From assembly GCA_036149055.1 (NCBI GenBank), contig JAYZQJ010000053.1:1-39373 (forward strand): a stretch of 39,373 nucleotides of DNA. Direction: 5' to 3'. Source of the stretch: Myxococcota bacterium (GTDB lineage: Bacteria > Myxococcota_A > Polyangia > Polyangiales > Sandaracinaceae). Position numbers and translations under genes: made by a program. Shown piece after piece: positions 37,814-39,373 of the stretch. Positions within the stretch are counted from its first letter, which is position 1. Each line of letters opens with the position of its first letter. The notes beneath the pieces are model-generated. The model was given only the letters and a program-made list of their open reading frames with translations. It did no database searches and was not told the DNA's origin.

Positions 37814-39082
37814 ATGTCACGGGTCCTGCTCGCCAGCCTCTCCTTTCTGATCGGGTCCACCGCCGCGCTCGCGAGCGCACAGTCGGTGGCGGTGGCGCCC
37901 TTCGAGGGCCGCGCGTCGGGCGCGGTGGAGCGCCTCGTCAGCCGCGCGATCGGCGACCGCGCCGACGTGGTCTCGCGCGGCCGGGTCCGGAGCGCGGCCC
38001 GGCGGGCCGGCGTCGAGGGCACGGCCGAGGCCGGGGTGGCGGATCTGGCGCGGGACGTCGGCGCCGACATGGTCGTGCAGGGCAGCGTCTCGGGGCCGCG
38101 CCGCCGGATGCGGGTCGAGCTGGTGTTCCGCGACGCCGAGGGGCGCGAGCTGGTCCGGGGCGACTCCCAGGTGGCGCGCGGCCGGCGGGCCCAGCGCGCC
38201 TTCTCGCGCGACGTCGAGCAGCTCTTCGACCGGGCCCGGGCCGAGCTCGAGGCGCGCCAGGCGGAGCCGGAGCCGGCGGTCGAGCCGGAGCCGATCGCGC
38301 CGGTCGCCTCCGAGGCGCCGGTCGAGCCGTCCGCCCCCGCGGAGCCGGCGCCCGAGGACGGCCTCGCGCTCGTGGCGGTGACGGCGGGCGCCGTGATCCG
38401 CACCCGGGACGCCGACGTGCAGCTCGCCTCGGGCGGCCACCGCGGCTACGAGCTGGCCAGCGGCGCCTACGCCGAGCTCCTCGCCCAGGCCGAGGTCCGG
38501 CCCTTCGCGGCCGAGAGCCACCTCGGGCGCGGCCTCTGGATCGAGGCGGCCTTCGCCCACTCGGTGGGGCTCCAGTCCGAGACCTCGTCGGGCGGCACGA
38601 TGGTCGAGACGACCAACTTCCTCCGCTTCTCGGCCGGCGCCGGCTTCCTCCTGCCGGCCGACCCGATGGTCGAGATCGGCCTCGGCTTCGGCGGCGGCTA
38701 CGACGGCTATCACCTCGGCTCCAACGTGGTGCTCCCGACCGCGGAGTACGGCTGGCTCCGCCCGGGGCTCCGCGCGCGGATCCGCTTCCTGAAGGACGAG
38801 ACGCTCGTGCTCGACGCGGGCGCGGGCTACCGCGCGGTCCTCGGCGTCGGCGCGCTCGCGACCAGCTTCGGCGAGCAGACCGAGAGCCACGGCTTCGACA
38901 TCGGCGTCGGGCTGACGGGCAACCTGCTGACGGTGGCCGACCTCGGCCTGACCTGGGGCGCCCGCTTCGACTTCGTGGGCTACTGGACGAGCTTCGCCGG
39001 CACGGCGATGGACGAGCCGGCCACGAGCGGCGCCGAGACCTCGCTCCGCTTCACCCTGGTCGCCGGCTGGTCCTTCCGGTGA
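37814..39082 (+). CDS. Secreted protein with an N-terminal alpha/beta domain, Pro-rich linker and probable C-terminal outer-membrane beta-barrel
   Basis: Signal peptide ending ASA-Q; VAVAPFEG; EPEP linker; alternating beta strands ending LVAGWSF. Confidence 0.7.
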   Translation: MSRVLLASLSFLIGSTAALASAQSVAVAPFEGRASGAVERLVSRAIGDRADVVSRGRVRSAARRAGVEGTAEAGVADLARDVGADMVVQGSVSGPRRRMRVELVFRDAEGRELVRGDSQVARGRRAQRAFSRDVEQLFDRARAELEARQAEPEPAVEPEPIAPVASEAPVEPSAPAEPAPEDGLALVAVTAGAVIRTRDADVQLASGGHRGYELASGAYAELLAQAEVRPFAAESHLGRGLWIEAAFAHSVGLQSETSSGGTMVETTNFLRFSAGAGFLLPADPMVEIGLGFGGGYDGYHLGSNVVLPTAEYGWLRPGLRARIRFLKDETLVLDAGAGYRAVLGVGALATSFGEQTESHGFDIGVGLTGNLLTVADLGLTWGARFDFVGYWTSFAGTAMDEPATSGAETSLRFTLVAGWSFR

Positions 39083-39373
39083 GAGGTGGCAAACGACGGC
39101 GCCGGGGCACCCCCGCCCGCTTCCACGACGCTGACCCGAGACGACGGCAGGCGACGAGCGCAGCGAGGTCGCCGCACGCGCCACTCGAGTCGTCCGATCC
39201 CGCGGCAGCGGGCGGCCAGCTCGCGCGAAGCGCGAGCGTGAGCCGCAGGGCCCCCAGCGCCCCGTCGCTGGGGTCGCGGCGCGAGCGCGACGCGCGACGC
39301 GCCGGCGGAGTCGCGAGGGGGGGCCCATTGGCGCTGTGCCCCCGGGGGGGCGGGGTTGCACCACACCCGCCAG

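Overview
Very high-GC window, most consistent with a myxobacterium of the Polyangia/Sandaracinus type (inferred from Cys-rich and 'DAG'-repeat lipoproteins and a CglD-like adhesin). It holds about 36 plausible genes; most of the long ORFs in the supplied track are antisense or off-frame shadows. The housekeeping content is an Fpg/Nei glycosylase, an aldehyde dehydrogenase and a partial atp operon (b', b, delta, alpha, gamma) with no beta or epsilon gene. The best candidate for an undescribed system is a tightly coupled minus-strand operon at 18661-12191. It encodes a small SdpA/DUF5819-like protein, an HTTM/vitamin-K-carboxylase-like membrane protein, a carrier protein, a methyltransferase fused to a degenerate GH5-like barrel, a prolyl-PCP-dehydrogenase-like ACAD, a stand-alone adenylation enzyme and a DUF6270/SGNH-like protein. 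This operon converges on a GH5 + GT-C glycosyltransferase pair, with an ABC exporter next door. It looks like a pyrrole-2-carbonyl (or similar) carrier-protein cassette with no PKS/NRPS, possibly decorating a surface glycan. Other notable items are large insertions or extensions in ATP synthase alpha, gamma and b, a 59-bp exact duplication of the atp terminator flanking a one-gene insert, a beta-integrin-like VWA lipoprotein, and a 61-bp tandem duplication beside a simple repeat. No tRNA, rRNA, CRISPR array or transposase was seen. All family assignments come from motif recognition by eye, not from database searches.
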